Of a stretch of 64,000 nucleotides of DNA, positions 42,838 through 57,819 are shown piece after piece (position 1 is the stretch's first letter; each line of letters opens with the position of its first letter). The notes beneath the pieces were generated by a model. It was not told the DNA's origin and did no database searches. It saw only the letters and a list, made by a program, of their open reading frames with translations. Both the position numbers and the translations under genes were made by a program. The DNA lies in NCBI RefSeq assembly GCF_009914755.1, contig NC_060931.1. One strand, 5' to 3'. Source of the DNA: the human T2T-CHM13v2.0 reference genome, Homo sapiens.

Positions 42838-44387
42838 TATGTTTGCTATATATACATATATATATAGCAAACACATATAGACACACATAAACGTAGATGT
42901 ATTTCTGAAGCACTTAAGAAATAGCCCAACTCAGATTAAAGGAATTATTTCTTTCTCACTCTGTGAACACGAAGCAGTACTAATATATAAAATGAGAGTA
43001 GGGAAACATCATACAAATTGTATGAAGTAGAAATCATCTCAGTAGCAACAGATATACTATTTGAAAAGTAGTATAAATAGAAAGCAGAGGAGCTAACAGC
43101 AACTTTGTAAAGGAGTCCTTCTGTTTATGCTTGTAAAGTGCTGGCCACTCCAGCAATTCTGGTCCATATTTGCAAGGATTGTAGATTGTATGCAAACCTA
43201 TGCCTAAGTGTTATGGACATGGAGCTTTCATTATACCAACATTTGTCAAATTTACCTCTAGAGAAGGTAACAATTGAGTCAAAATATGGCTCCACCTTTG
43301 TCTCTGCATGAACAAGGTATTTTAACCAATTTGAATTTATTTTTCTCTGTGTAAGGTGGATATATTAATATCCTTTTTAGTAAGTCTTTGTGAGGTTTGA
43401 ATGGCATAACTTACGTAAACAGCTGGCGCCCAGTAGTTGTCCCTTGAATTAATTGCTCTGCCCCCTGGCTTTGAGGTGCCTTTCTCTGCACTAGCTGCAG
43501 TGGGAGTGGCAACAGCTCACTGGAACAGTCCGCAGGAGAGAAGGTGCCTTTAAAATCAGATGCAAAAACCAGCCAGACAAATAATAGTGGATTTATGGCT
43601 CATTATTTTTGAATTTGCCCTTTGTGTACCTTTACACCAGTAGTGAAGATAATGGAGTCAGAGAACAGTAAGTAAACACTTGTTTTTCGTGACCTTTTTC
43701 TTTTTAGAATTCACCCAAGTTTTCATAATCTCTGATTATGTAATTAACTGATTAATTTTTGACAATTAAATGTGAGCAAAGAATAATTGTAAATACAACA
43801 TAATTCACATGAATCAATGGATAGGGTTTTGTTTTGTTAGAATTAGCTCTCTCTCGGGGCTAATATGACCATATTCTAGGTATTAATTTAGCGTAAGTGG
43901 CAAACTGTTTTGGTTTCTGAGGAGATTTTTTGTTCTGGTTTACTGGTATATAACTGTTTCCTCAGCTTTTCATTTCCTGAAATAGCGCCAAGTACAGTAT
44001 CTAAATTTTGACTAATATAAATCAAAGCACATGCTTTCCTTTCAGTAAAGTCCTCTATTTCAACACATGTGCAGGATTTTCCTTTTTAATGCATTAGACA
44101 TCTGTTATTACTAATGGGGATAAAATGTCACATGTTAAAAACAATACAAGTTATTAAAAGCAGTTCGGATTTTAAATATTTTGAAATTATGCTAGAAAAG
44201 TTGATGTTTTTTCTTTTGTTCTGTGGCAGAGTTTTCAAAACATGAATATGCAAAATATGTTAAAATGAATATGCATAGGAACATGTGACTATGAATTTGT
44301 AAAAGCTCTTGGAGGTCACATTTATCAGGTTCTAATATATTCTTTTAGAAAGTAAATATTAAATTTTACACAATTTATATGCACCTT

Positions 44388-44435
44388 CACACACACACAC
44401 ACACACACAGAACACACACACACACACACACACAC
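44388..44435 (+). repeat. Interrupted (CA)n microsatellite
   Basis: Directly visible. Confidence 0.95.
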
Positions 44436-45139
44436 TGGGGCTAAGTAGGAAGAAAAACTGTTTACTAATTGTTTAAAAGTCTGGAATTTCATTAGAAATG
44501 TTAAGTGTATTCCTGACTAGTCAATAAATGCCTTAGTGTTAGTATAGATTATTGTTACCTGTTTGTTTTGGGGAAGGTGTTTGTGGGTATGTAAATTATA
44601 GATAAACTGAGCTGTGTTTTAGATGAAATCCCTTAAAGTTTAATCAAATTTTCCATTTAAGTGTCAGTAGAATGAAAGAGCATGTTTGTTAAATGGTTTT
44701 CCTTTAAAATTTTAAACTCTGAGTATTTAATGGTAAATTTAATCCTTATCTTTCTAATTAATTTTAACTTCCTTTTTTGGGGAAGGCTGTCAGAATACAT
44801 GTTTTGTTGAAGACAGATTTATAAATGAAAATCAATGTTTTCCCAAAACCAATGATCCCTTTTATGTAAAACAATATAAAAACTGGGAAACTAGTCTGTT
44901 AGAAGTCAGGATACTGAATATTCTTGCAAGAAGAGAGGGGCAATGATTGGAAGGGGGCCTGTAGTGTGCTGGGAAGGTTCTACTCCCAAGCATCCAAAAA
45001 AAAAGTTATACAATATAACTGCTAAACATCTTAAATACCTACTTCAAATGTTTTAGAGTTAAAAAGACAAGAGTTCTCACCTAGATAACTAGATCCTGCT
45101 CTTCAACTAAGAGTAGATATCATAAATTGTATTGTTGTG

Positions 45140-45600
45140 TTGCTCTTTTTAGTTTAAAATAACTTTATTATTTTTCTGATTACAAAAGGATGACCTGATT
45201 ACAAACCAGGAAAATACAAACAAGCACAAAAAATGATCAGTCCCCCTCTAGCATAAATAAAATGAACATGTATATTTATAGATATAAAAATATGCACATA
45301 CACAAATATACATGTTCTCATATGAAGCAGAAATAAAATTATGCCTTACACACTGCTTTATAAAATACTTTTTTCTGATCAATTTTTGGAATTATCTTTC
45401 TGCACTACAAACTTTTTTGATAACTCATCCTTTTAATGGATGGAACAATTTTAATTAAGGACTTACTTTTTTGGACATCTAGGCTATTTTCCATATTTTC
45501 ATATTATAAACAATACTGAGGTGCATACTTTGTAGTGCCATCTTTGTGCATGGTCTTGATTATTTCCTTAGGCTAAATTCCTGCAAGTGAAATTTTTGTA
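45140..45600 (-). mobile_element. L1ME-like 3' fragment
   Basis: ttggacatctaggctattttcc...attataaacaatactg...gattatttccttaggctaaattcct. Confidence 0.6.
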
Positions 45601-46172
45601 GGCAAGTTGTAAGAATACACAAAAGGTCATAATGTTATAGATATGACTTAGATCTTCCCAATCAGAGCCAAGGTTCAGAGAGCATTCTTGAATCCCTTCT
45701 AACTCCTTTCTTGATACGGTAAATTATTTGAACTTCAGATACTCTTGAATCTCCCCAAGAAGAAACAGTCTTAATCCCAAGGAAAATTCTGTTTTTCTCA
45801 TTGAGTCAATGACCCTCATCTAATCAATGAGTGTTCTGTAGGTTTTCAGAATAGCAATTCCAGACACTTTCTTTTCTACCATTGTCTGGCTGTTGGTCTT
45901 AGTAGTTAAATTTAGACCTGGTATACATATGTGGGGCCAATGTTTGGTGAAGAACTAGCAAAATTCCTGGGCTTGTTTTCAATGCATAGAAAAATACTGA
46001 TGCTCACTTAAATACCTGTTTTGGTTACAATAGATAGAAATATTCAATAATCCTTATTATTAAGACATAAATTATTCAAGAAAGAGACATCTATTATGAA
46101 AAAAGAGTAAAACTGCCTACCAAATCATGGAGGAAAAGGAAGAAAAGTCAATCCTTTTTAAGGTTTGAGCTA

Positions 46173-46561
<389 letters not shown>

Positions 46562-47862
46562 TCACTCTGATTGAAATACTTTGGTTTTGCACGTAGGTAT
46601 GTTTGAATGTGTGTGAATCATAAAATCAGCAGGGAGCAGGGGAATTGTGGAGTTGAGAAGCAGAAGTTCTGAGGGTGTTCAGTGTAAGGACCCTGAGGTT
46701 TGGATTGAAGTATGATGCATATATTCGTGTGCGTGTAATTTGGGAAGAAGTTGTTGTGTTTTGTTATGTAATGCTTTGAGTTTGGGCCCTTTTCAGCCTG
46801 TTTTATGTTAACTTTAGAAGCAGTTGACTGAATTTGATAAAATGTAGTATACTAATAAAGCGTATGAAGTTTACTTTGTGGTTCTGTCATCTGAAACAAA
46901 ATGGCATCCAATATATGTTTTTTAACTGAACTCATATGCTTTAATTTCAATGGGCTTTGGTGAGATTAGGCAAATAAATAGTGATGAAAGAAATGGCCTG
47001 GCTTGTTCAATAAGATCTACAATTAACAAAACCACTACTTGTCAAATGCTTGTTAACTATACTCACCACATTTTTTGGCCAAAAATATGAAACGATGGTC
47101 AGAATATTTGAAATTGGGTATGTTTCCCAAATTGGAAACATTTTAGTACATTTCAGAAAGCTCTTTCCCATCAACCCTCAAATGAGCCAGTTGAAGTTGA
47201 ATCAAAGCTTTTAAAAGAAATGGGATATTTAATAATTCTCCTTTTAACTTTCTAGGCAAGGAGGAAAATTTATTATATAACATGCTACATATGTAAAAAG
47301 AGCTATGCATTTTTAAATGTTGACAGATTATGTACAAGTGAAGGCCAATTTTATCTTTGCAAAAACTGTTACTTAGATGCAGGTAAATCTAGGCCAAAGA
47401 ATACAAAGCTTTTGCCATGATATTGTATAAAGCCACTAATGTTAAAGTGCAAAAAACAAAAAATCTGTTTGTATAAAGAGGATAGGTTAGGTGACAAATT
47501 TTTAAAGACTGTGTAAATGGCACATACAACAGAGGATGTCCAAAGACCACTTCAAGACTCACATTGCCTCTCTGATGCACCAAGAAGAGGCCCTTTCTTT
47601 TTTCCTCTCTGATTCCTTTCTATGGGAGGCAGGGAGAAGCGTCCCTTTTTTGGGTAGACAGAGGCATATGTCTCAGGGAACCTACAAAAAAGCATGGCAC
47701 ACCACCTCATTTCCAGTTGAACAGGCTGAGTGGGTTCTAGGTTTTTAGATTTCGTATCAGCCTAGATCAGGTAGTTTATTTACTTGAAAGTAAATTCCCG
47801 GAGGATTTGCCAAACGTGTGGTAACTTTTTCATATAAAAAGCTTTATTTGCAAATTTAAGAG

Positions 47863-48257
<395 letters not shown>

Positions 48258-49139
48258 TAAATTTATATGTTTAAAAACATAAAAGAGTTCAAGGCAGCAA
48301 CTTAGATTGGGCACAAAATGTCTTACTACTTAAAAAACTTTGATTATACTTAGGAGAAACAGGACAGGTATTTCATATTCCTATTCTGTGTGTTATCATG
48401 AGCCTTTCTAAAAGGCTGAATTATCATTTTGTCCTACACACACATTCAACATTGAAATAACGTAAACAACAATAGCGGCATTGGCTAAATTTTTATATTG
48501 TGTGAGGCACTGTATTTATATGATCTCTTCTGAGTCTTATATGAGCACTTATATGATCTCTTCTGAGTCTTTAAATAGTTTTGTGTTCATGATTTCCACT
48601 TTACAAATCAGGATGAGTAGGTTTAAGTTTTAAGTTAGTAATCTAATTTAGCAAGCAACAGAATTAGGATGTGCAAATACTACAAATCCATATTTAGAAT
48701 GTAGCTGACCAAGAATATCAGCACAGACCAAGGAACCCAGAGTCAAGCACTTAGTGCTCGTCTATATTCTTTTGGGTCAGAGTGAAAAAACAAGTCTCGA
48801 TTTCTCTTCCAGAAACCACATAATGCCAGGCACAAAATGTTGGTTTCACTTTCATGAAACATGTGAAGAAAAATTACAGTAGAACAAGACATAAGTTAAG
48901 TATCTGGGAATGGCTCATTAAAGCTAATGATAATTTATATTTCTATGGTGTTTTATAGGTTCAAAGGATTGTCATAGTAATTATCTGATTATTTTAATTT
49001 TTAAATTTTATTTTGAAGTAATTATAGATTCACAAGACTATGCAAAGATGATGGACAATTTTCATTTTTTACAATATTTCTACTTAAATATAATGATCAT
49101 ATAATCATCACCAATTAATCTTAATCCCTCAGAGTTTGG

Positions 49140-49380
49140 TCTCTGAAATCCTTGTCTGGGTGGAAATCTTAGCTTCAGTATTTGTTAGCTGATTGAGCTT
49201 GGAAAAATTATTTAACTTCCATATTCTTTAGTGTCCTCATCACTATGGAAATAACAATAGTGTGTATATCCTAAAATTTTTATGAGAACTTTACAAGTTT
49301 AACACAGTGTTTAGTACATATAAAGAACTCAACACAGTGTTTAGAACACATGCTGTCATAAGCTTTCAATACAGTTGTTA
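49140..49380 (+). mobile_element. MIR
   Basis: ttagctgattgagcttggaaaaattatttaacttcc...agtgtcctcatc. Confidence 0.55.
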
Positions 49381-51607
49381 TATTATTACAGATATTACTA
49401 CTTCTTATTATGGATAATATTACTTCATTCAGATCCAATAATCCAATTATTTTGTTGTTCTCTTTGAGACCCTTTCTGGTTTCTCCAATATTTCACTGAA
49501 CTCTGGTATTCAATATAGCCAATCAGTTCAAGATCTAGCCAGTACCAAATATAGATTTGTATTACTATCTTTTGAAGAAGTTACAAAATTATCTGCAGTA
49601 AAGTAATAGTGCTATCATTCATTCGTTCACTCATTCAAACACGTTTAGATGATGTTTTTTCTTCTATTGTTCACCAACTGTTTGATCTATTTCCAAATTC
49701 TCATAGACATTTTTCTTCTCTTTTGAAGACTGGAAATCATAAAAAAAACTGTCCATAACAGCTGCTTTGAGGTCATCTACATTTGTTGGCTGCAGGTGGA
49801 AATCTCCTTCACACAGCCTGAAATAGAAGGTTGTAAAATTTGGCCTTTGAGGGAGCCAGACCAAACCAGCCTTTTGTATAATTTATCATCCACAGAACAT
49901 GTTAAGGTGCTTTTGATCTTTGAAGGCAATATCTTTCAAAGTGCTGTGGTGCTTATGTGTGACCATTGGTCCTTTTTGGGAGTCCCAATATCTTGCTGAT
50001 TTCAATAGTGAGTGAAGGAATTTTTAAGATGCTACACTGATGACTCAGTTTAATAGAGAGACTCTAGAACTTGCTGAAATCCAATTGTGAAGATCAAGTG
50101 AGATAAAGTATGTGAATGGTGCCTTGAAACCAATAAAGCACTAAGTAAACCTAAAGCAGTTTATTGTAATCATTTCCATCGTGTCGTATTTGTCAAATTC
50201 TTTATTTCACAGCATATCGAATGTTCCATGCCTTCTGCCAGATTAAGGGTGGGATTCTACCACATATTTGCCATGAAGAGTGTTTGAAAACACATTCATA
50301 TTTTTCTTTGCATTTCCTCATACTCCTTTAAGAAATGTGGTATAGACACAGAACTGACAATCTGGTGTCACAGAAAATGTTGTGAAAATTTATAGGCTTT
50401 GGTTTATAGAGACTTGAGGAAGTTTTTCCACCTTTCTGGTATTTTATTCCTGTCAGTTTGCATTGCTTCTTTTCTTTCCTTCTTCTCCTCCGCCAGGTTT
50501 GGTTTTAAGCTTTGGATTCAAAGAAACCCCAAAGTCAAAACAAAATGGTCAGAACTGCTGACTCTTGTTTTGTAATCTTTTTTTAGTCCAGTATTCACAG
50601 GAAGAGAGGGTGCTGACCAGAAATTGGGCCTAACTTCACCCAAAATGTTGGCAAAGTTCAGGAACCTTTGAGTGAACTTGTGCCAAGTTAATGATATATA
50701 GCCAACTTCACCAGTTTTCCAAAAACATTTAAAATTTAATTTCATGAAATAATATCATCCTATAAAAAGTCAAGTTCATACTTAACATTCAATACTAATC
50801 TGCTAGCTCTTTTTGATAAAAATAAAATAATAGTCTAATTTGTATTTTGTATTAAATAGATTCTCTTGTTTTTTTAAAGTATCAGGTATATTTTGGAAAT
50901 GCACATGTAAAATGTACTTGTGGCTTCGTTACTTTAGAAGTTTCCTTTGAAGATCTGTAATTAAGAAAAAAATGTATCCTAAAATCATGCTTATCAAGTT
51001 TCGTCTCAGGATTTTTACAGCTATGTTATCAACCTCCCAAAAGATTATTTTATAATGGAAATGCTGACAAATGTGATAATAAACACTAATCCAAGGGTCT
51101 TAATTGTATCATATGTCTGCATGTAGGAATTATGCATACTAGCAGAATATTTGGTTCAGTTTCCAGCACTTAATTTTGCCAAAATCTGCTTTAACGCTGG
51201 GCAACTAACTGTAAAAGATGATCAGCCTAAATGACTCCCTGTTGATGGTAAGGGCTTCTGATTATTTTTAGATTCCTCAGAAAGCCTAATTATGTCTTTC
51301 AAATATGATTTCATTTAGATCTTTTTATGGCTTACTTGTCTGAATACTAATAGTAATCTGATAGCTATGGGGAACTTAGTTTGAGACCAAAAGGCAGTGT
51401 TCCATCAGTAGAGAGTATATAAATAAATCACCTCCAAGCAACATCTCAGATGGTATTTAGATTCTAAATGTTCAAATGACTTTAAGATTTCAAAAACAAA
51501 TTATTTTAATTTTCCAGAAGTAACTGACACCATTAGGTCTTAAAAAAAGCCTGGCTGAAGTTACTGAAAAGGCAATATCTACTCATATTTCTATCAATGG
51601 TAGTTTA

Positions 51608-51868
<261 letters not shown>

Positions 51869-52779
51869 TTATGCATCTAACATGAGGAAAACTAAAATTA
51901 AAATAATGCTTAGAAAAGTTGAGGGTCAAAATATGGAGGTATACTCGATTTAAGTTCAGGACGTGGATCATTTTGTCTTACCTCTATTGGCATTTGATGA
52001 AAGGAATGTCAATCCCTTTCTATGTGACTCTGATCCTTACCTGGGTTCAAATTACTCTGAGTAAAATTATTATGAAAATATCTTAAAAGACTACATTTGA
52101 GGCAGTTCCTAAACATGTAAACTTACAAATAGCAAAGCATTTATAAACGATTAAAGTTTTTTTTTTTAAGAAGGGTGGATAATTCCTCTGTTGATAATAA
52201 GAAAATAACTTTTAATTTAGAAGTTTTTTAGGTATCATTTACTATGATGAAGAGGTATTCACTGGAGGAATATTATTTGCTTTCTAGGAACAAAATGTAT
52301 TAGAATATGATGGAGAAGACTAACGAAAACGGGTGGCTGTGCTGACTCCTCACGACTTAGGAATGTTGATGGTCCCTGGTCTACACAATTTTGCTTTATT
52401 TCTGGTTTTCAAAACTTGTTCTTTCAGCAAAATATTAAGAATTCCTAGATTGGAATTACTTTTTTTTCTTTTTATTTATTCAACACTTTCAGATGATTTT
52501 TTAAAAAAGAATGATGTTTAATTTCCAGGAGAAATTGAATTGGTGGAAGAATAAGAAAAAACAACACTCTATGGGGCTTTGTTGTTGTTTGGTGTTAGCT
52601 GTTTATGTATTTTTTTTTTGTTTACCTGTTTATCCTGATGTTCTTACGGTGCAGTTGAAAAAATTCTTGGTGGAAAGACACAGTAAAAGTAAAAAAACAT
52701 CTTGGGAGTGGGGGCTCGTTTCAGAACTAATCCAGGTCCTATGAAAAGGAAAACTAAGAAAAGTTTTAAATATTCGAAG

Positions 52780-53330
52780 TACTAATGAAGGGGCTGGGAA
52801 ACAGGCAAATCCCTGCAATGCTAGAGGGTGGGAGAGTGAACTGGCAGAACCCACCAAGAAGGGAATCTGGCCATTTATATCCACAAACTTGAATCCAGAA
52901 ATTTCACTTCTAGGTATCAAATGTTAGGAAGTAATAATAGACAGAGAAGGCATTTACAAGAATGCTCTTAGCAGCATCATTTATTTTTTAAAAAGGAAAT
53001 AGCTATCTATCTGGAAAGGGCTGGTGGTGGTGTGATACATGGATAAGACAATAAGATATGGTAATCAAAATCACATTTGAATAATATTAAAGTTAAGGGA
53101 AAACATTGCACCTTCTATAATGCCAAGTGGAAAAATATCAGTATCCCAAAGTATCTCGAATTAGTAAAATATATTGAATTTATAACTGCACAGGGAAAAA
53201 AAGACTGGAAAGAAATAGATGAAAATGCTAACAGTATGGTAACGTGGAGTGATTCGAATTTTCTCTTTTTTGAAATTTTTTTTTCCAAAATTTCTAGGAT
53301 GAGTATATGTTACTTATTAATGAAATGAAT
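52780..53330 (+). mobile_element. L1ME-like 3' fragment
   Basis: ccagaaatttcacttctaggtatc...acaagaatgctcttagcagcatcattt...aaaaagactggaaagaaata. Confidence 0.55.
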
Positions 53331-54401
53331 TCTATTTCCGAAAGCATGATTAAGAGAATTGTGTGTTCGCACAGGCTCCCGCCTATTTCTGTGTGCAATG
53401 AGGGGCGAAATAAAGTGTTGGAATAATCACTGGGGATTATCCTTTAGGATTACTGAATTTATGTTTAGGTTGGCATTATTCAATCGGGTTCCTCGCCTCA
53501 GTTACCCACTCCTTTCTGAAAGACCCCAGTTCTGGTACTAGCACGTCACCTAGAAGGAAGAATCCTGGAATGGCACGGGTCCAAACTAGAGGCGGCCTCT
53601 CAGCATGGACCCGCTTCAACCTCATCTGCATGGCAGGCGTTTTGCAAGGCGTCAGAAGGCATCTCCTCTTTGGACTTTTTGTCTCCCCTGGTAGTCTCTA
53701 GAAGCCATTAGAGTGAAAGCTATCTTTCCTACCTACAGCTAAAAATGTAAAAGTGAGCGCGCTCAGGCGGCCCTGCTCCTAGAAAGATCCAGGCCCCTTC
53801 ATACCCCAACCCCTGGCCGGGGACAGTTGGTAGCGGTGGCTGGTGGCGAAGCTGCAGGGCGCCCAAGGCCCCCTGCGGCCCAGGAGTGACCCGAGTGCAC
53901 TCGCCCCTTACTCTGGCCTGGGGCCTGAAGAAGGCACTGGAACACGGAAGCTGATGCTGCACTTTAGATGCAAAGCGTAGATTTGCACTCTGGCTAAGGC
54001 ACTGAATGAACACCACTGTGGCCCTGGGACAAGGAGCTGTGGTCCGTCTGGGATCAACTAGGTGGCGAAGGGGAGGGAGAAAGGAAGAGAGAGGGCTTGC
54101 GCGCGGGAGAGAGGAAGGGACGGGAGGGAGAGGGAATGGAAGACAGGAAGGGTGTCCCTTCTCAGAGGTCGCACTTTGTCAGCAGTTCCTCTCGACTGCT
54201 CTGCCTTCCATTTTTCCTTTCCTCAGTTCCTGGACAAGCCTCGGAGGACCAGGCAGAACCCTCTGGCTAGCAGAAAAGCTCGCACCCCCGCACCCTTGCG
54301 GCGTCTGCTTCAGACCCTCCACGCAGGCGCCCGCTGGAGCGCCTGCTGGGGATGGCGTACCACCGACCCTTCAGGCTTTTTAAAAACGTAAGAATTTCTA
54401 C

Positions 54402-54407
54402 TTTATT
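54402..54407 (-). terminator. FERD3L: Candidate FERD3L polyadenylation signal AATAAA
   Basis: First minus-strand AATAAA I see 3' of the stop (~390 nt), in an AT-rich patch within the CpG island. Confidence 0.55.
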
Positions 54408-54797
54408 ATCTCTATGAAAAAAAAAATGTAAAGAAGAGAGGTTAGATTTTATAGAAGCTCCAAAGTCTGCCATTTGCGAGGAGGGTTCACTTCCCACCCA
54501 CCCAGCCCACGGAAGCTCTTAGGAGCAGCCTGAACGGCCCCGACTCAGCCTCACGCTCTCTGACTTCCCCGCTCGCCCCTGACCCCGACTTCACTTAGGG
54601 CGGTCGCGTAGATATGAACTCTACAGCAGCCACTCTGCTCAGCGCATGTGGGGATCTTACAATCTCGACCCCGACCTCCAGAAGACCAGACGTTCTGTCT
54701 TGGGGCCTCCCTCCCGGCCCTTTAGCCTCACCCAGTGCCCGGTCCTGACACACCCCAGCACTACCAGACGAGGAAGGGCAGACTCTCCACACCAGGC

Positions 54798-55298
54798 TCA
54801 GCCGCTTTCCTTCTTCTCACAGCTCTCCAAGAGCTCGGTCATGAAGGAGATATAGACGATGGCCAGGCGGAGGGTCTCGATCCGGGACAGCCTTTTCTCG
54901 TAAGCAAACGTGGGCACCTTCCTCCGCAGCTGGTCAAAGGCCTCGTTGAGGTTGAACATCCGCTTCCTTTCGCGGATGTTGGCGGCCTGGCGCTGGGCGT
55001 AGGTGATCACCCTTTTCCTCTTGGGGCGGCCTAATAGGGAGACACCTCTTCCGCGCTCCTCTTCCTCCTCCTCTTCTCCGTCCCCCTGGTCCACTTCGCA
55101 CTCCTCTTCTTCTGGGTCCCCCTCTTCAAACCGCGCCATCCTCCTGGGTCTTCCCTCTCGGAGCGCAAGGGCTGGGTCCCCCAAGGAGACCCCGGGTGCG
55201 AAGTCGCAGAGGAGAGGGCGTCTCGGGGAGGCCAGGGACAGGTCTGCGACGAAGTCCAGCACCGTAGTGTCCACGCAGCTCTCCGGATAGGCCGCCAT
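54798..55298 (-). CDS. FERD3L: Fer3-like bHLH transcription factor (NATO3/N-Twist), 166 aa, intronless CDS
   Basis: [13 protein letters not shown]... has an acidic Glu tract and a PTF1/Fer-type b[55 protein letters not shown]. Strong Kozak context (GCG ATG G); lies in a CpG island next to TWIST1. Confidence 0.98.
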   Translation of the reverse strand: MAAYPESCVDTTVLDFVADLSLASPRRPLLCDFAPGVSLGDPALALREGRPRRMARFEEGDPEEEECEVDQGDGEEEEEEERGRGVSLLGRPKRKRVITYAQRQAANIRERKRMFNLNEAFDQLRRKVPTFAYEKRLSRIETLRLAIVYISFMTELLESCEKKESG

Positions 55299-55420
55299 CG
55301 CTTCGGCTTGGCCCTGCCTCTCATCGGTTTTCCGCAGGGAGGGGCGAGGTTGCTGGTGGGGATTCTTAACAGCCTTGAATCTGATGGGGCACCATCACCG
55401 AAAGGCCAGGGAACATTAAA

Positions 55421-55428
55421 TATTTATA
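55421..55428 (-). promoter_or_regulatory. FERD3L: FERD3L TATA box (TATAAATA)
   Basis: Canonical TATA ~125 nt upstream of the ATG, at the edge of the CpG island. Confidence 0.7.
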
Positions 55429-57578
55429 ACCAAGCTGATAACAGGATTAGTCGCACCGATAAGGAATGCTCTGACAACGTCCCTTCTCTCGAAGCTTATG
55501 GAAGATGACAAGCTTGAGCACGCATGGAAGACTCAAAGGGACAGGGCTCCAGTTCTGAGATCCTTTTCTCTGCGCCACCCGGGACAGTTCCTTGTTGGCA
55601 ACAACCCCCAGCTCTTACCTGCTGTGCTTTTTGTGTCTGTCTTCACCCCTGCAGCCAACTAATGTTCTCCAGGCTCCTTATCTCGTGTAGTTCTTTAATT
55701 TCGTGTTGGATTTTCAAAGCGAGGATGTTTTCCACCGCGATGGCTTCTCCTTGACTTCAGGGTAGGAGTCTTGAATCTTGCCACCATCTGCCAATGGATG
55801 TGGAGCAAGTGCATGTGCTTTTAATGATGTCCTGAAGAGGGGCCCTGCCTGCCTGGCATCAAGGGGAGCTGTTTGTCTGGTATCCCAGTGCAGCGGCTGC
55901 TGAAAGGCAAGACCTTCAATTAGCTTAAGTAAGCATGGCAGGGGGACCGAGAGTGCATTCCCCAGAGTCGCTGTTGGAACCGGCTTTCTTTTCTTTCCAG
56001 GGCATCGCAAACAGCTCTCCTGCCACGTTACAAACCCTGACTTCTAAAGTCTGTTTGGATGCAATCAGCGTAACAATTGAGATACTTGACTTTCCTTTCC
56101 CTACCTTTACCTCCTACTCATATAAAATAGAGGATTTTATTCCAAGAGGAAAAGTTATGATGGCAATAAAATGAGAAATTTAAGCTCAGGATATTTTCTA
56201 TGCTCGGGCTTTGCTGTATACTTTTCAGTGTGGGGGACAAAGCAAACTCTCCTCACAAACAAAACCACTTCAAGCTCTTTTCAGAAATGCGATTTGCCCT
56301 TGATAAGCCAAAGAGTCAATCAGCTCACCCTCTGCTGAGGAGTCTTCGGACTTTTAAATTGCGGATCGAGTATTTGTTCCCGAACAAAGAAAAAAACCTA
56401 ACACTTCCATCTGGCGTATTTTCCTCATTGATTTGTATTGTCCTACAGTAAGACTTAAGTGCAGAAACAATGATTTATTGAAATATATTTAAGGGAGTTT
56501 TTGGCTATCGTTAGATCGTTATTTTTGAGAAAAGAAAGAGATTTTAAATTTGGCATAAGAAAAATAAGAGATTACTCATTTTATATTATCTCGAGTATCC
56601 CAAATATTTTAACAAAAAGGTTCTTTTTCTTTGTTTGCCAATAACTATATTTACTTAATTATTCAGTACTGTGTAAAGATTTATTTAAAAGACCCATTGT
56701 GTCAAAGTGACAGATTAGAAGATAATTTTAAAGGTAGATTGGAAGAAATAGCCTAAAAAGATGAATGTAGAAACATCCCGGTTCAAAAGAGAACTGCCCA
56801 GGACGTCAGTCCCTATTAAGGGGGTAAGTTGTGGTTATGATGGTTCACTCAGTACATTGGACAGCTCCCAGAAACCAGAAACCGCCTATTTCTAACAGGT
56901 AATCTCAATTCATTTTCTTCTTCCTAGCCTCTATGTGTGTAATCAAAACAGTATAACCTTTAATTCTTCTTCTTCTTTTAACCCATTTGTGTCTGGTGTC
57001 TCTCGATCTTTTAATAGATTTTATCTTCTTTTGCTTGTGTTTACTCTTCATTCTCCAGTTTGAATTGTGATAACTCAGGCAGAGAATAATTGAAATTTGT
57101 GATCCTGGAAGATGTTAAAGAGAATGAGATCTTTGGTTGTTACTTAGTTGATTTTTGCTAAGCATCTTTCAAAGGGAAGGCTGAAAAATAAATAATAGGA
57201 TTGTCAACAGTGGCTATGAAGCTAGTAAATGGGAGAACTGATTTTTGTTTCAAAAAAGTAGTAACATGCTTGCTAACCCTCGTTTAAATTAATATGTTAT
57301 TAAATATTTGGACAAATTTCTTGTTGATTTTTAAATTATGTTAAATGCTTCTCAGTGACTTATTTTGTATTCATTTACAATCTATTTGCAAGTGGATTAA
57401 ACACCTCAGTCAATTGAGAATCTAGTTTCGCAATATAATACACTGGAAAACAATGAAGGAAAACATGGTTGATATTTAAATTTAAAATTTCATAAAATGG
57501 GGGTCAGAAGCCTTCATGAGACTAAAGAGATAGTTTCATTGGACTGAACTCCTTTATGATTTTAGCCAAGGCAATGTA

Positions 57579-57662
57579 CCTTTCTTGCTTGCCTTCCTTC
57601 CTTCCTTCCTTCCTTCTTTCTTTCCTTCCTTCCTCTCTCCCTCCCTCCCCCTTACTCCTTTT

Positions 57663-57726
<64 letters not shown>

Positions 57727-57819
57727 TTTCTTTCTTTCTTCTTTCTTTCTCTTTCTTTCTTTCTTTCTTCTTTCTCTCTTTCTTTCTTTCTTTCTTTTTC
57801 TTTCCTCCTTCTCTCTTTC
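57579..57819 (+). repeat. Compound (CCTT)n/(CTTT)n polypyrimidine microsatellite
   Basis: ~240 nt of almost pure C/T. Confidence 0.97.

Larger units (their letters stand above)
53550..55750. promoter_or_regulatory. CpG island over FERD3L
   Basis: High GC and CpG density spanning the gene and its 3' flank. Confidence 0.85.
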
